Assembly: GCA_963749705.1 (NCBI GenBank)
Contig: CAVVNQ010000015.1
Location: 320,001 to 384,000 of the forward strand
DNA length: 64,000 bases
Origin: an uncultured Chloroflexia bacterium
GTDB taxonomy: Bacteria > Chloroflexota > Limnocylindria > Limnocylindrales > CSP1-4
Reading direction: 5' to 3'
Part shown: positions 9,152-17,285 of the stretch, one piece after another
Position numbering within the stretch: the first letter of the stretch is position 1
Layout of the letters: each line of letters begins with the position of its first letter
Notes under the pieces: model-generated
What the model was told of the DNA's origin: nothing
Database searches by the model: none
Seen by the model: the letters and a program-made list of their open reading frames with translations, nothing else
Made by a program: the position numbers and the translations under genes

Positions 9152-9424
9152 ATGGACAGCGAGCGCACACCGGCCTACTGGCCGACCCGTATCCTGCTCG
9201 CCGTCGGCTTCGTCGCTGCCGCCATCGAGGTCGCGCTGGCATTCACGCTGATCCTGGCAGCGCCGCCGATGTTCGGCTCGGAGCCGACGGCCTTGGGGCT
9301 CCCGTACCGCGTTGTGCAGGGCCTCGTCGGCGTTGCCGCCGCGATGATCGGCCTGGTCTGGATGATCCGGATCTTCCGCGGGCCGCGCGATCAGCCGCCT
9401 CGCTGGCGCTATCGCAACCGCTGA
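9152..9424 (+). CDS. Small two-TM membrane protein, hypothetical
   Basis: 90 aa, two hydrophobic helices, basic C-tail (PPRWRYRNR). TACCAT lies 6 nt before the ATG. Confidence 0.7.
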   Translation: MDSERTPAYWPTRILLAVGFVAAAIEVALAFTLILAAPPMFGSEPTALGLPYRVVQGLVGVAAAMIGLVWMIRIFRGPRDQPPRWRYRNR

Positions 9425-9458
9425 TCCGGCCAGCAAGAACCGTTCGCGGCCCGATGAG

Positions 9459-9626
9459 CTACGTGGTGTCCCGTTGCGCTCGGACGAAGAGGACGACCCC
9501 GGCGATCATCAGCGGCACGCCGACGACGGCGCCGACGAGCACGTCGTCGCGAGCCACGGCCAACACGACGATCAGGATCACGCCGATGACGACGAGTGCC
9601 GGTCCGACCGCCTGTTCACGTTGCAC
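9459..9626 (-). CDS. 55-aa two-TM membrane protein, hypothetical (below ORF-track cutoff)
   Basis: MQREQAVGPALVVIGVILIVVLAVARDDVLVGAVVGVPLMIAGVVLFVRAQRDTT. GC3-rich codons; TGT-TACTGT lies 6 nt before the GTG. Confidence 0.7.
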   Translation of the reverse strand: MQREQAVGPALVVIGVILIVVLAVARDDVLVGAVVGVPLMIAGVVLFVRAQRDTT

Positions 9627-9750
9627 GACGCCACAGTAACAGTCCGATCCGAGATGGCCGCCGTCACTCGGTCGTGGGTTTGGCGTCCATTTGCTCGTAC
9701 TTGCCCAGTCATCCTCCGCGAGCCGGCAGGACGCCTGGGCCGCGCCCGCG

Positions 9751-10209
9751 CTAGGCGTCCAGCGGCGAGAAGCGTTCGACGAGCTCAGCTCGCCATGCCG
9801 GCGCCTCGAACGGTGCCGCGTACCAGGACGTGGTCCTGGCGATCTTGCCCTGGCGAAGCTCGATGATCTGGATCATCTGCCACGTCTCGCCGTTCGCGTA
9901 GGTCGCGGTCCCGACGTAGGTGTAGACGTCACCCGATCCTTCGATGCGCTGCACGGTGAAGCTCGGCGTCAGCACCCAGCGGTCCTCCGCACTCACCAGT
10001 CGTGTGCTCTTCGGATCGATCGTTCCGACCCCTCCGGGGTAGTTGCGCAAGAGGGCGAGCTGGTTCGCCTTGCCTCGGACGCGTTCCCCTGACTGCGGCA
10101 TCTCATCGACGAAGTCGTCGGTGACGAGCAGCGCCATGGCGTCGAAATCCTTGTCATTCAAGGCGCGCGCGTAGCGCTCGACGATTGCTCGACCGCTGGG
10201 GTCAGTCAT
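9751..10209 (-). CDS. SnoaL-like / NTF2-family protein
   Basis: IVERYARALNDKDFDAMALLVTDDFVDEMPQSGERVRG...ELRQGKIAR...PFEAPAWR. GGAGGA RBS. Confidence 0.85.
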   Translation of the reverse strand: MTDPSGRAIVERYARALNDKDFDAMALLVTDDFVDEMPQSGERVRGKANQLALLRNYPGGVGTIDPKSTRLVSAEDRWVLTPSFTVQRIEGSGDVYTYVGTATYANGETWQMIQIIELRQGKIARTTSWYAAPFEAPAWRAELVERFSPLDA

Positions 10210-10355
10210 CCCGTCCTCCACCCAAGCGCCCTCGCTGCATCGGCGAGTCATGGCCACCCGGGTCATGGCCAATTCTATGAGGCCACCGCGGGGTTCCCGG
10301 GTTCGTGTTCTCGGCGCCAGCCCGACGCGTGACCACAGCGCAGCCTGGCTGCGGA

Positions 10356-10850
10356 TCAGCCGGGCCCGGGCGGACCCGCAAGGCGCTCGAGGATCACCTT
10401 CTCCAGCGACAGGATCCGTTCCTCCAGCGTCTCGACGCGCCGCAGGATCGCGGCGTTGCCCTCGAGCAGGCGCTCGTTCTGCGTCTCCTCCAGATCGGCT
10501 TCGGCGGCCGCATGCTCGAGGGTGAGCCGATCCCGCGTCGACGACCGGTTCGAGGCCAGCAGGATCAGCGGGGAGGCGTAGGCCGCCTGGGTCGAGAACA
10601 CGAGGTTGAGCAGGATGAACGGGAACGGGTCGAAATGGAACAGCAGCCACACGTTGCCCAGGATCCACAGGGTGACGAAGATCGTCTGGAGGATCAGGAA
10701 TCGCCAGCTGCCGATGAAGCCGACCACCTTGTCGGCCACGCGGGCGCCCATCGGCGCGTTGTCGATCAGCGCCTGATTGACCGGGTGCCGGCTGCGCCCG
10801 CCCATCGCGATCCCTGCCTGGCGAAGCACGTCCCGTGCCGAGTGCCGCAT
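10356..10850 (-). CDS. DUF1003 membrane protein
   Basis: ADKVVGFIGSWRF...FDPFPFILLNLVFSTQAAYASPLILLASNR. GGAGG RBS. Confidence 0.88.
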   Translation of the reverse strand: MRHSARDVLRQAGIAMGGRSRHPVNQALIDNAPMGARVADKVVGFIGSWRFLILQTIFVTLWILGNVWLLFHFDPFPFILLNLVFSTQAAYASPLILLASNRSSTRDRLTLEHAAAEADLEETQNERLLEGNAAILRRVETLEERILSLEKVILERLAGPPGPG

Positions 10851-10980
10851 CGTGGCCTCCGAGCCGCAAGCCGACCGGCACACGCCGGTGGACGCGGTCA
10901 AGGTAGTCCGATCCTCCCTTGGGTGCCGGCGCTCGCGATCGCGACCCGCCGGGGATCGGGGTGGGGTGGGCGACGACGCC

Positions 10981-12189
10981 TCAGCGACGCCGGCCGAACA
11001 GGCCGCCCTTGCGCTCCTTGCCGGCAGGCGCGTCGGCGGCCTCGGCCCCGAACACGATCCCGAACAGGTCTCGAAGTCTGGTCGCCGGCAGCGTCTTGGG
11101 CGCGCTGCGAACGACCGGAACACCTTCGTTCGCCGCCTTGAGGTAGATGAACGGGTCGTACGGCAGGTCGGACGTGATCTTGGCGCCCAGGGCGCTCTCG
11201 ATGTCGCCGCGCCGGAGCAGGTCCCGGGCAAAGGCGTTGTTGAGCACGAACATCGTCGTCGCCCCGACCGCGCCCGTCTCGGCCAGCTGGTCCAGCAGCA
11301 GGTGGACCGCGTTGAGCGCCGGGATCTCCGGCAGCACCGGGATGATCACGACGTCCGAGCGGCTGAACAGCGCCAGCATCCGCTCGTCCAACGACGCTCC
11401 CGCATCGATGATGACGACCTCGTACCCCTCGAGGGCCCGGGCGACGATCCTCTCGGCATGCTCGCCGGTGAACAGCGGCGCGAACCCCGGTGTCGGCGGG
11501 GCAGCGAGCAGCTGGAGGCCGCTCGCGTGATGCACGGCATAGGTCCGGAACAGCTCGACCTCGTTCAGGGCGTTCTCGTCCCGAATGAGCTCCAGCAGCG
11601 TCTGCTTGGGCTGGAGGTTCAGGTGCGAGGCGACCTGGCCGAACGAGAGGTCGAAATCGATGATCACGGCCCGGTTCTGGTGGCGCTCCGCGGCGAGCAG
11701 GGCAAGGTTGGTCGCGACCGTGGTCGTCCCGACGCCGCCCTTGGGGCTGAACACCGTCACGACGCGACGCGCCTGCGGATTGCCGATCGGCGCGTTGGCG
11801 ACGGAGCGCCCGTCCTGGGCTCGCTGGAAGCGCAGCGACAGGGCCTCGATGCGCGCCTCGAGCTCGGCGGCGTCGAACGGCTTGGTGATGACATCGTCGG
11901 CGCCCGATTCGAGCAACGCGATCCGTGCTTCGACATCGTCGGTCTGGGCAACCGCGAGGATGGGCAGCCCGGCCGTCCGAGCCTCGGAGCGAAGCTCGGT
12001 CACGATGGCGCCGACGGTGGTCGTCGGCGGGATCTCGTCGATCACGATCAGGCTGTGGCCCGCCGCGTCGCGAAGGAGCTCCTCGGGCAGCGAGACCGTG
12101 GTGACCCCGTGACCGGGCCGCGCGAGCGCGGCCGACAGGGCTTCCGCGGAGACGGGGTCCGCGGCGAGGAGGAGGATCGAGAGTTGCAC
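10981..12189 (-). CDS. Receiver domain + MinD/ParA-like ATPase (CpaE/TadZ-like)
   Basis: N-terminal REC (GADDVITKPF), deviant Walker A SPKGGVGTTT, IIDFDLSFG, C-terminal amphipathic GGLFGRRR. Confidence 0.85.
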   Translation of the reverse strand: MQLSILLLAADPVSAEALSAALARPGHGVTTVSLPEELLRDAAGHSLIVIDEIPPTTTVGAIVTELRSEARTAGLPILAVAQTDDVEARIALLESGADDVITKPFDAAELEARIEALSLRFQRAQDGRSVANAPIGNPQARRVVTVFSPKGGVGTTTVATNLALLAAERHQNRAVIIDFDLSFGQVASHLNLQPKQTLLELIRDENALNEVELFRTYAVHHASGLQLLAAPPTPGFAPLFTGEHAERIVARALEGYEVVIIDAGASLDERMLALFSRSDVVIIPVLPEIPALNAVHLLLDQLAETGAVGATTMFVLNNAFARDLLRRGDIESALGAKITSDLPYDPFIYLKAANEGVPVVRSAPKTLPATRLRDLFGIVFGAEAADAPAGKERKGGLFGRRR

Positions 12190-12353
12190 GAAGCCCCCGG
12201 GACGATGAACGACGGGATGACGGCGGAGAGCATACACGGGAGTTCCCGGCATCGGCAGGCGTCGGTCCGCCATCCGGTGCGATGCCCGCGGCGGGGTCGC
12301 GCTGTCGAGGGGCCGGGCGGCCGTCGCCGGAGGGCCGTCGCAGGAGGGACCCG

Positions 12354-12436
12354 TGCTATCCTTCCGCGGTCCTTTCGGCTCCGCCCGGCATTGTCCGCCA
12401 GCGGGGCAGATCCCATAGGAAGGAGTCAAGCAGGCC
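12354..12436 (+). promoter_or_regulatory. rpsF promoter and candidate S6:S18 leader
   Basis: Extended -10 TGC-TATCCT, then a ~70-nt CCG-containing leader and AGGAAGGAG RBS. Confidence 0.45.
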
Positions 12437-12871
12437 GTGCGCCGCTACGAACTCATGCTCGTCATCCGGCCGGATGCGCCGGACGACAAGGTCTCGGCGG
12501 TCATCGACCGCACCACCCGCTACCTCGTGGCCGCGGGTGGGCAGATCGTCAAGGTGGCGCCCTGGGGCCGCCGCCGCCTCGCGTACCCGATCGACCGCCA
12601 CCGCGAGGGCTCGTACCACATCATCGTGTTCGAGTCCCCGGCCGAGGCGATCGCGGAGCTCGAGCGCAGCCTCCTGATCACCGAGGAGGTCCTGCGCCAC
12701 CTCGTCACGCGTGCGATCCGTCCCGTCAAGGTGCGTCGAGATTCCGCTGCATCCGATGATGACGCGGCCGAGTCCGAGCTCCCGTCCGGCGACGAGGAGG
12801 GCCTGGACGACGAGGACGGAGAGCGGATCGACGAATCCGAGAGCGAGGCCGCACCCGCGGCCATCGACTGA
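12437..12871 (+). CDS. rpsF: 30S ribosomal protein S6
   Basis: MRRYELMLVIRP, WGRRRLAYPI, VLRHLV; acidic tail. Confidence 0.97.
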   Translation: MRRYELMLVIRPDAPDDKVSAVIDRTTRYLVAAGGQIVKVAPWGRRRLAYPIDRHREGSYHIIVFESPAEAIAELERSLLITEEVLRHLVTRAIRPVKVRRDSAASDDDAAESELPSGDEEGLDDEDGERIDESESEAAPAAID

Positions 12872-12886
12872 GGCGGGAGTTCTGCG

Positions 12887-13363
12887 ATGGCGTCGTTGTC
12901 CAAGGTCTCGATCATCGGCAACCTCGGGCGTGATCCCGAGATGCGGTACACGCCCAACGGTCGCCCGGTGACCGAGTTCAGCGTGGCGGTCAACCAGAGC
13001 ACCAAGAACCAGCAGACCGGCGAGTGGGTCGAGGCGACCGACTGGTTCCGGGTCACCGTGTGGGGTGATCGCGCCGAGCGGACCGCGGAGCAGCTCCACA
13101 AGGGCAACCGCGTGTTCGTCGAGGGCCGCTTCCGTACCCGCGAGTTCGAGGCGCGCGACGGCCAGAAGCGCACGTCGCTCGAGGTCACCGCGGACAGCGT
13201 GATCAACCTCGACCCCCGCGTCCGGGACGATGCCGAGGGCACGTTCGGCGCGCCGGCCGGCGGCAGCGCTGGAGCCGGTGGCAGCGCCGGTGGCCAGGGC
13301 GCCCCGGTTCGCCCGACCCGGGCTCCCAGCGACGGCGACGACCTCGACGACCTCCCGTTCTGA
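12887..13363 (+). CDS. ssb: Single-stranded DNA-binding protein
   Basis: IIGNLGRDPEMRYTPNG, DWFRVTVWG, C-terminal DDLPF. Confidence 0.97.
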   Translation: MASLSKVSIIGNLGRDPEMRYTPNGRPVTEFSVAVNQSTKNQQTGEWVEATDWFRVTVWGDRAERTAEQLHKGNRVFVEGRFRTREFEARDGQKRTSLEVTADSVINLDPRVRDDAEGTFGAPAGGSAGAGGSAGGQGAPVRPTRAPSDGDDLDDLPF

Positions 13364-13431
13364 CCCCTTCCGCGGCCTCGCGCCGCCCCGGCGGCCACGC
13401 GCCGCCACCAGCAACCCAGGAGACCTGAGCC

Positions 13432-13695
13432 ATGGCCCCCAAGTCGAACAAGCGCGACGACTACTACCGTGACCGCCGCCGCCGCAAGGTGTGCTCGTTC
13501 TGCGCGGACAAGACGGCGATCATCGACTACAAGGAGGTCAACCGCCTCCGTCGGTACCTGTCCGAGCGCGCCAAGATCGAGCCCCGCCGCAAGACCGGCA
13601 CCTGCGCGGCCCACCAGCGCGAGCTCGCCGTGGCGCTCAAGCGCGCCCGGCACGTCGCGTTGCTGCCGTACGCGCCCCAGCACCTCCGCCCCTGA
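13432..13695 (+). CDS. rpsR: 30S ribosomal protein S18 (Zn-binding form)
   Basis: [32 protein letters not shown]. Confidence 0.97.
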   Translation: MAPKSNKRDDYYRDRRRRKVCSFCADKTAIIDYKEVNRLRRYLSERAKIEPRRKTGTCAAHQRELAVALKRARHVALLPYAPQHLRP

Positions 13696-13752
13696 CCCGG
13701 TGACGGGTCTCGGCGCCGTCGGGGACAGCCGGGCCGCGCCGGCGGATTCCCG

Positions 13753-14652
13753 ATGATCGCCGGGCTGGGTCTGTTCGCCGGCGGCGCGGCCGCGGGGCTG
13801 TTCGGGTCGCTGCTGGGCCTGGGCGGCGGCATCCTCCTGGTCCCGCTGCTCACGCTCGGGTTCGGGCGGCCCCTGCGCGAGGCGGTCGCCGTCTCCCTGG
13901 TGTCCGTGATCGTCACCTCGAGCGCCTCGGCCAGCGTGTACCTGCAGCGGCACGTCGCCAACCTGCGGCTCGGAATGGTCCTGGAGGTGTTCACGGCCGG
14001 CGGCGCGCTGGTCGGTGGCCTGATCACGTTCCTGCTGCCCGCCGCCGTTCTCCAGGCGTTGTTCGCGATCCTCCTCATCTGGGTCGCCGTTTCGATGCTG
14101 CGCAGGCGGGATCCTGCCGCCCCCGTGCCCGTCGCGATCGACGACGATCGGGCGGGCGTCCCGCTCGACGATCCCGGGTCGGGACCGTCGGCCGGGGTCG
14201 TCGCCGGCGCCACGGCCGGACCCACCCTCGATGTGCCCGAACATCCCGGCCTCGCGGCGTCGCTGTCGGGCGAGGGCTACCTGGTCAGGCGGTTGCCGTT
14301 CGGCATGGCCGGTGCGCTCGGCGCGGGCGTCGTCTCGGCGCTCCTGGGTGTCGGAGGCGGGATCATCAAGGTGCCGGTCATGCACCTGATCATGGGTGTC
14401 CCGCTCAAGGTCTCGACGGCGACCAGCAACATGATGATCGGCGTCACCGCGACGTCCTCGGCGGTGATCTACCTGCTCCGTGACCAGATCAACCCGTACG
14501 TCGCGGGTCCGGTGGCGGCCGGGGTGTTCGTGGGCGCCTCCCTCGGAGCCCGGATCATCAACCGCGTCAACGTCGACCTGCTGCGCTGGCTGTTCGTCGT
14601 CGTCCTGCTCGTGACCGCCGTCCAGATGGCGCTCAAGGCGCTGGGCCTGTGA
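13753..14652 (+). CDS. Sulfite exporter TauE/SafE family
   Basis: GSLLGLGGGILLVP and SALLGVGGGIIKVP duplicated motifs; multiple TMs. Confidence 0.92.
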   Translation: MIAGLGLFAGGAAAGLFGSLLGLGGGILLVPLLTLGFGRPLREAVAVSLVSVIVTSSASASVYLQRHVANLRLGMVLEVFTAGGALVGGLITFLLPAAVLQALFAILLIWVAVSMLRRRDPAAPVPVAIDDDRAGVPLDDPGSGPSAGVVAGATAGPTLDVPEHPGLAASLSGEGYLVRRLPFGMAGALGAGVVSALLGVGGGIIKVPVMHLIMGVPLKVSTATSNMMIGVTATSSAVIYLLRDQINPYVAGPVAAGVFVGASLGARIINRVNVDLLRWLFVVVLLVTAVQMALKALGL

Positions 14653-15047
14653 CCGGCGGGCCCGCGACCGGGCGTTCGTCCGGTAGCGACGCGGCGTTCG
14701 CCATCGAGGCAGCCATCGCCCGGCTGCTGACCGTCGGCACCTACACGGCGATCGGGCTGGTCGTCATCGGCGTCGTGGGCATGCTGGTGTCGGGGATCGA
14801 CCCGCTGGCCGATCGGACACCGCCGCCGTTCGACCTCGGCCACCTGCCCGCGGACCTGCTCGCCGCGCGTCCGGAGGCGTTCCTGTGGGTGGGGCTGGTC
14901 ACCGTGCTGGGTCTCCCGGTCGGCCGGGTGGTCGTGGCCGGTGTCGGGTTCCTCGCCGCGGGCGACCGGCGGCTGGCTCTCGTGTCCGCGGCCGTGCTCC
15001 TGATCGTGGTGGCGTCGGTTGTCGCGGCGATCGGCCTGGGAGGCTGA
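14649..15047 (+). CDS. DUF1634 membrane protein
   Basis: Three TMs, IARLLTVG, 'GLVTVLGLPVGRV'; typical partner downstream of TauE. Confidence 0.75.
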   Translation: MTGGPATGRSSGSDAAFAIEAAIARLLTVGTYTAIGLVVIGVVGMLVSGIDPLADRTPPPFDLGHLPADLLAARPEAFLWVGLVTVLGLPVGRVVVAGVGFLAAGDRRLALVSAAVLLIVVASVVAAIGLGG

Positions 15048-16096
15048 TGGACGTCCTCGTCCTCGCCCTCGCGTTCCTGATCATCCTGGTCGGCGCGGAG
15101 CTGTTCACGAATGGCATCGAGTGGTTCGGGCGCAAGCTCGAGCTCGCCCAGGGGGCGGTGGGCTCGGTCCTGGCCGCGGTCGGGACCGCGCTTCCCGAGA
15201 CGCTCATCCCGATCATCGCGATCGTGTTCAGCCGCAGCGGCGCGACCAATGACATCGGCATCGGCGCCATCCTGGGTGCGCCGTTCATGCTCTCGACGCT
15301 GGCCATGTTCGTCACCGGTGTCGGCGTGCTCGCCTTCCGTCGGCGACGTCCGACCGCGACCCGGATGGCGGTCGACACCGTCGTGCTGGTCCACGACATG
15401 CGCTACTTCGCGATGGCGTACGCGCTGGCCATCGCCGCCGCGTTCCTGCCCTCCGAGCTCGGCTGGGGACGCCTGGTCGTGGCCGCCGCGCTGCTCCTGA
15501 TCTATGCCCGGTACGTGCGGGTCCACTTTGCCGCCGAGGCGGACCTCGACGAGGAGACGCTCGCGCCGCTGCGGTTCCAGAACCTCGATCCATCGGCGCA
15601 GCCGGGGCACGGGTCGGCGCCGCGCCTGCGGATCGTCACGACCCAGGTGCTCGCGGCCCTCGCGTGCATCGTCGGTGGCGCCTACATGTTCGTGGGCGCG
15701 GTCGAGCACCTTGCCGCGTCGATCGGCGTCAGCGAGATCCTGCTCGCGCTCGTGATCGCGCCCATCGCCACCGAGCTGCCCGAGAAGTTCAACTCGCTGA
15801 TCTGGGTGCGGCAGGGCAAGGACACGCTCGCGATGGGCAACATCACCGGGGCGATGGTGTTCCAGTCGGCGATCCCCACCGTGGTCGCGCTGGTGCTGGC
15901 GGGTGACAGCTGGCGCGTCAGCGGCGATTCGGCCGTCGCCTTCGCGAGCGCCGGGATCGCCTTCCTCGCGGTCGGCGCGGTGTTCCTGCCCATGTGGCGC
16001 CGGGCCCGCCTCGACGGGCGGGCACTGCTCGTCGGCGGGGCGTTCTACCTCGGCTACCTTGCCCTCGTGGTGGCCCATCTCGCCGGTCTCGTGTAG
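15047..16096 (+). CDS. Sodium:calcium antiporter (CaCA family)
   Basis: Alpha repeats AVGTALPE / GAILGAP and PIATELPE / MGNITGA. TGATG coupling with the upstream gene. Confidence 0.9.
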   Translation: MDVLVLALAFLIILVGAELFTNGIEWFGRKLELAQGAVGSVLAAVGTALPETLIPIIAIVFSRSGATNDIGIGAILGAPFMLSTLAMFVTGVGVLAFRRRRPTATRMAVDTVVLVHDMRYFAMAYALAIAAAFLPSELGWGRLVVAAALLLIYARYVRVHFAAEADLDEETLAPLRFQNLDPSAQPGHGSAPRLRIVTTQVLAALACIVGGAYMFVGAVEHLAASIGVSEILLALVIAPIATELPEKFNSLIWVRQGKDTLAMGNITGAMVFQSAIPTVVALVLAGDSWRVSGDSAVAFASAGIAFLAVGAVFLPMWRRARLDGRALLVGGAFYLGYLALVVAHLAGLV

Positions 16097-16254
16097 GAGG
16101 CGTTCGGCGACATCCGGCGCCTGCCGGCGCCGTCCCGGCCGGTCCGGCGAGCCGGTCCGTCACGGTGATCCGAGCGAGCCGCGTGCTAGACTCGGGCCAC
16201 CCACGAGCCACTTCGGAGCGGCCATCGCGCCGCCCGCGCGACTGGAGCAGAGAG

Positions 16255-17226
16255 ATGCTCACCGAGCAGCCGTCGGCCTCGACGGCACCCACGCAGCCCC
16301 GCCAGCTGGACGACCTGATCGCCTATTTCGAGGGCGACTGGGTCCCCATGCGGGACGCCAGGGTCAGCATCATGACCCACGCGTTCATGTACGGCACGGC
16401 CACGTTCGAGGGCATCCGGGCGTACTGGAACGCGGACCAGGGCCGCCTGTACGCGCTGTTCGTGCGCTCCCACGTCGAGCGGATCCGCAACTCGGCGAAG
16501 ATGCTGCTCATGGACCCGGTCCCGTCCGCGGACGAGCTGGTGGCGATCATCACCGAGACGATCCGGCGCAACAGGTTCACCGAGGACGTGTACATCCGGC
16601 CCTCGTTCTACAAGAGCACCCGTGCGATCGGCGTGCGGCTCCACCACCTCGAGCACGAGCTGTACGTGATCGCCGTCCCGTTCGGGAACTACCTCGACAT
16701 CGACAAGGGCATCCGCCTCCAGACGTCGTCGTGGCGCCGCAACGCGGACGAGGCGCTGCCGGCGCGGGGCAAGATCGTCGGCGGCTACGTGAACATGGCG
16801 TTCCAGAAGTCCGAAGCGGAGCTCAACGGCTTTGACGAGGCCCTGGTGCTCGCGCCCGACGGCCACGCGTCCGAGGCATCGGCCGCCAACCTGTTCATCG
16901 TGCGCGACAAGACGGTCATCACGCCGCCGCTGTCGGACGACATCCTCGAGGGCGTGACCCGCAAGGCGGTGATCCAGCTCGCGGCCGACGCCGGGATCGA
17001 CGTGGACGTGCGCTCCATCGACCGCTCGGAGCTGTACGTGTGCGATGAGGCGTTCCTGTGTGGCACCGGGGTTCAGGTCAGCCCGGTGATCGAGGTCGAC
17101 CATCGCCGGGTCGGCGACGGAGCGGTGGGACCGGTGGCGCGCCTGATCAGCGAGCGCTACTTCGCGGCCGTCCGCGGCAACCTGCCCGAGTACCGCAACT
17201 GGCTCACGGAGATCACGCCGGACTGA
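16255..17226 (+). CDS. ilvE: Branched-chain amino acid aminotransferase
   Basis: HAFMYGTATFEGIRAY, KIVGGY, SEASAANLF, ILEGVTR, DEAFLCGT. Confidence 0.93.
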   Translation: MLTEQPSASTAPTQPRQLDDLIAYFEGDWVPMRDARVSIMTHAFMYGTATFEGIRAYWNADQGRLYALFVRSHVERIRNSAKMLLMDPVPSADELVAIITETIRRNRFTEDVYIRPSFYKSTRAIGVRLHHLEHELYVIAVPFGNYLDIDKGIRLQTSSWRRNADEALPARGKIVGGYVNMAFQKSEAELNGFDEALVLAPDGHASEASAANLFIVRDKTVITPPLSDDILEGVTRKAVIQLAADAGIDVDVRSIDRSELYVCDEAFLCGTGVQVSPVIEVDHRRVGDGAVGPVARLISERYFAAVRGNLPEYRNWLTEITPD

Positions 17227-17285
17227 CCTCGCCCGGGGATCACGCACGGTCGTCGTACGAGCTGCGCCCGACCTCCGTCACCGGC

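Noticed and set aside
8972-12189. tRNA-integrated genomic island or prophage
   Set aside because: No integrase or transposase, and no convincing duplicate of a tRNA 3' end found by eye.
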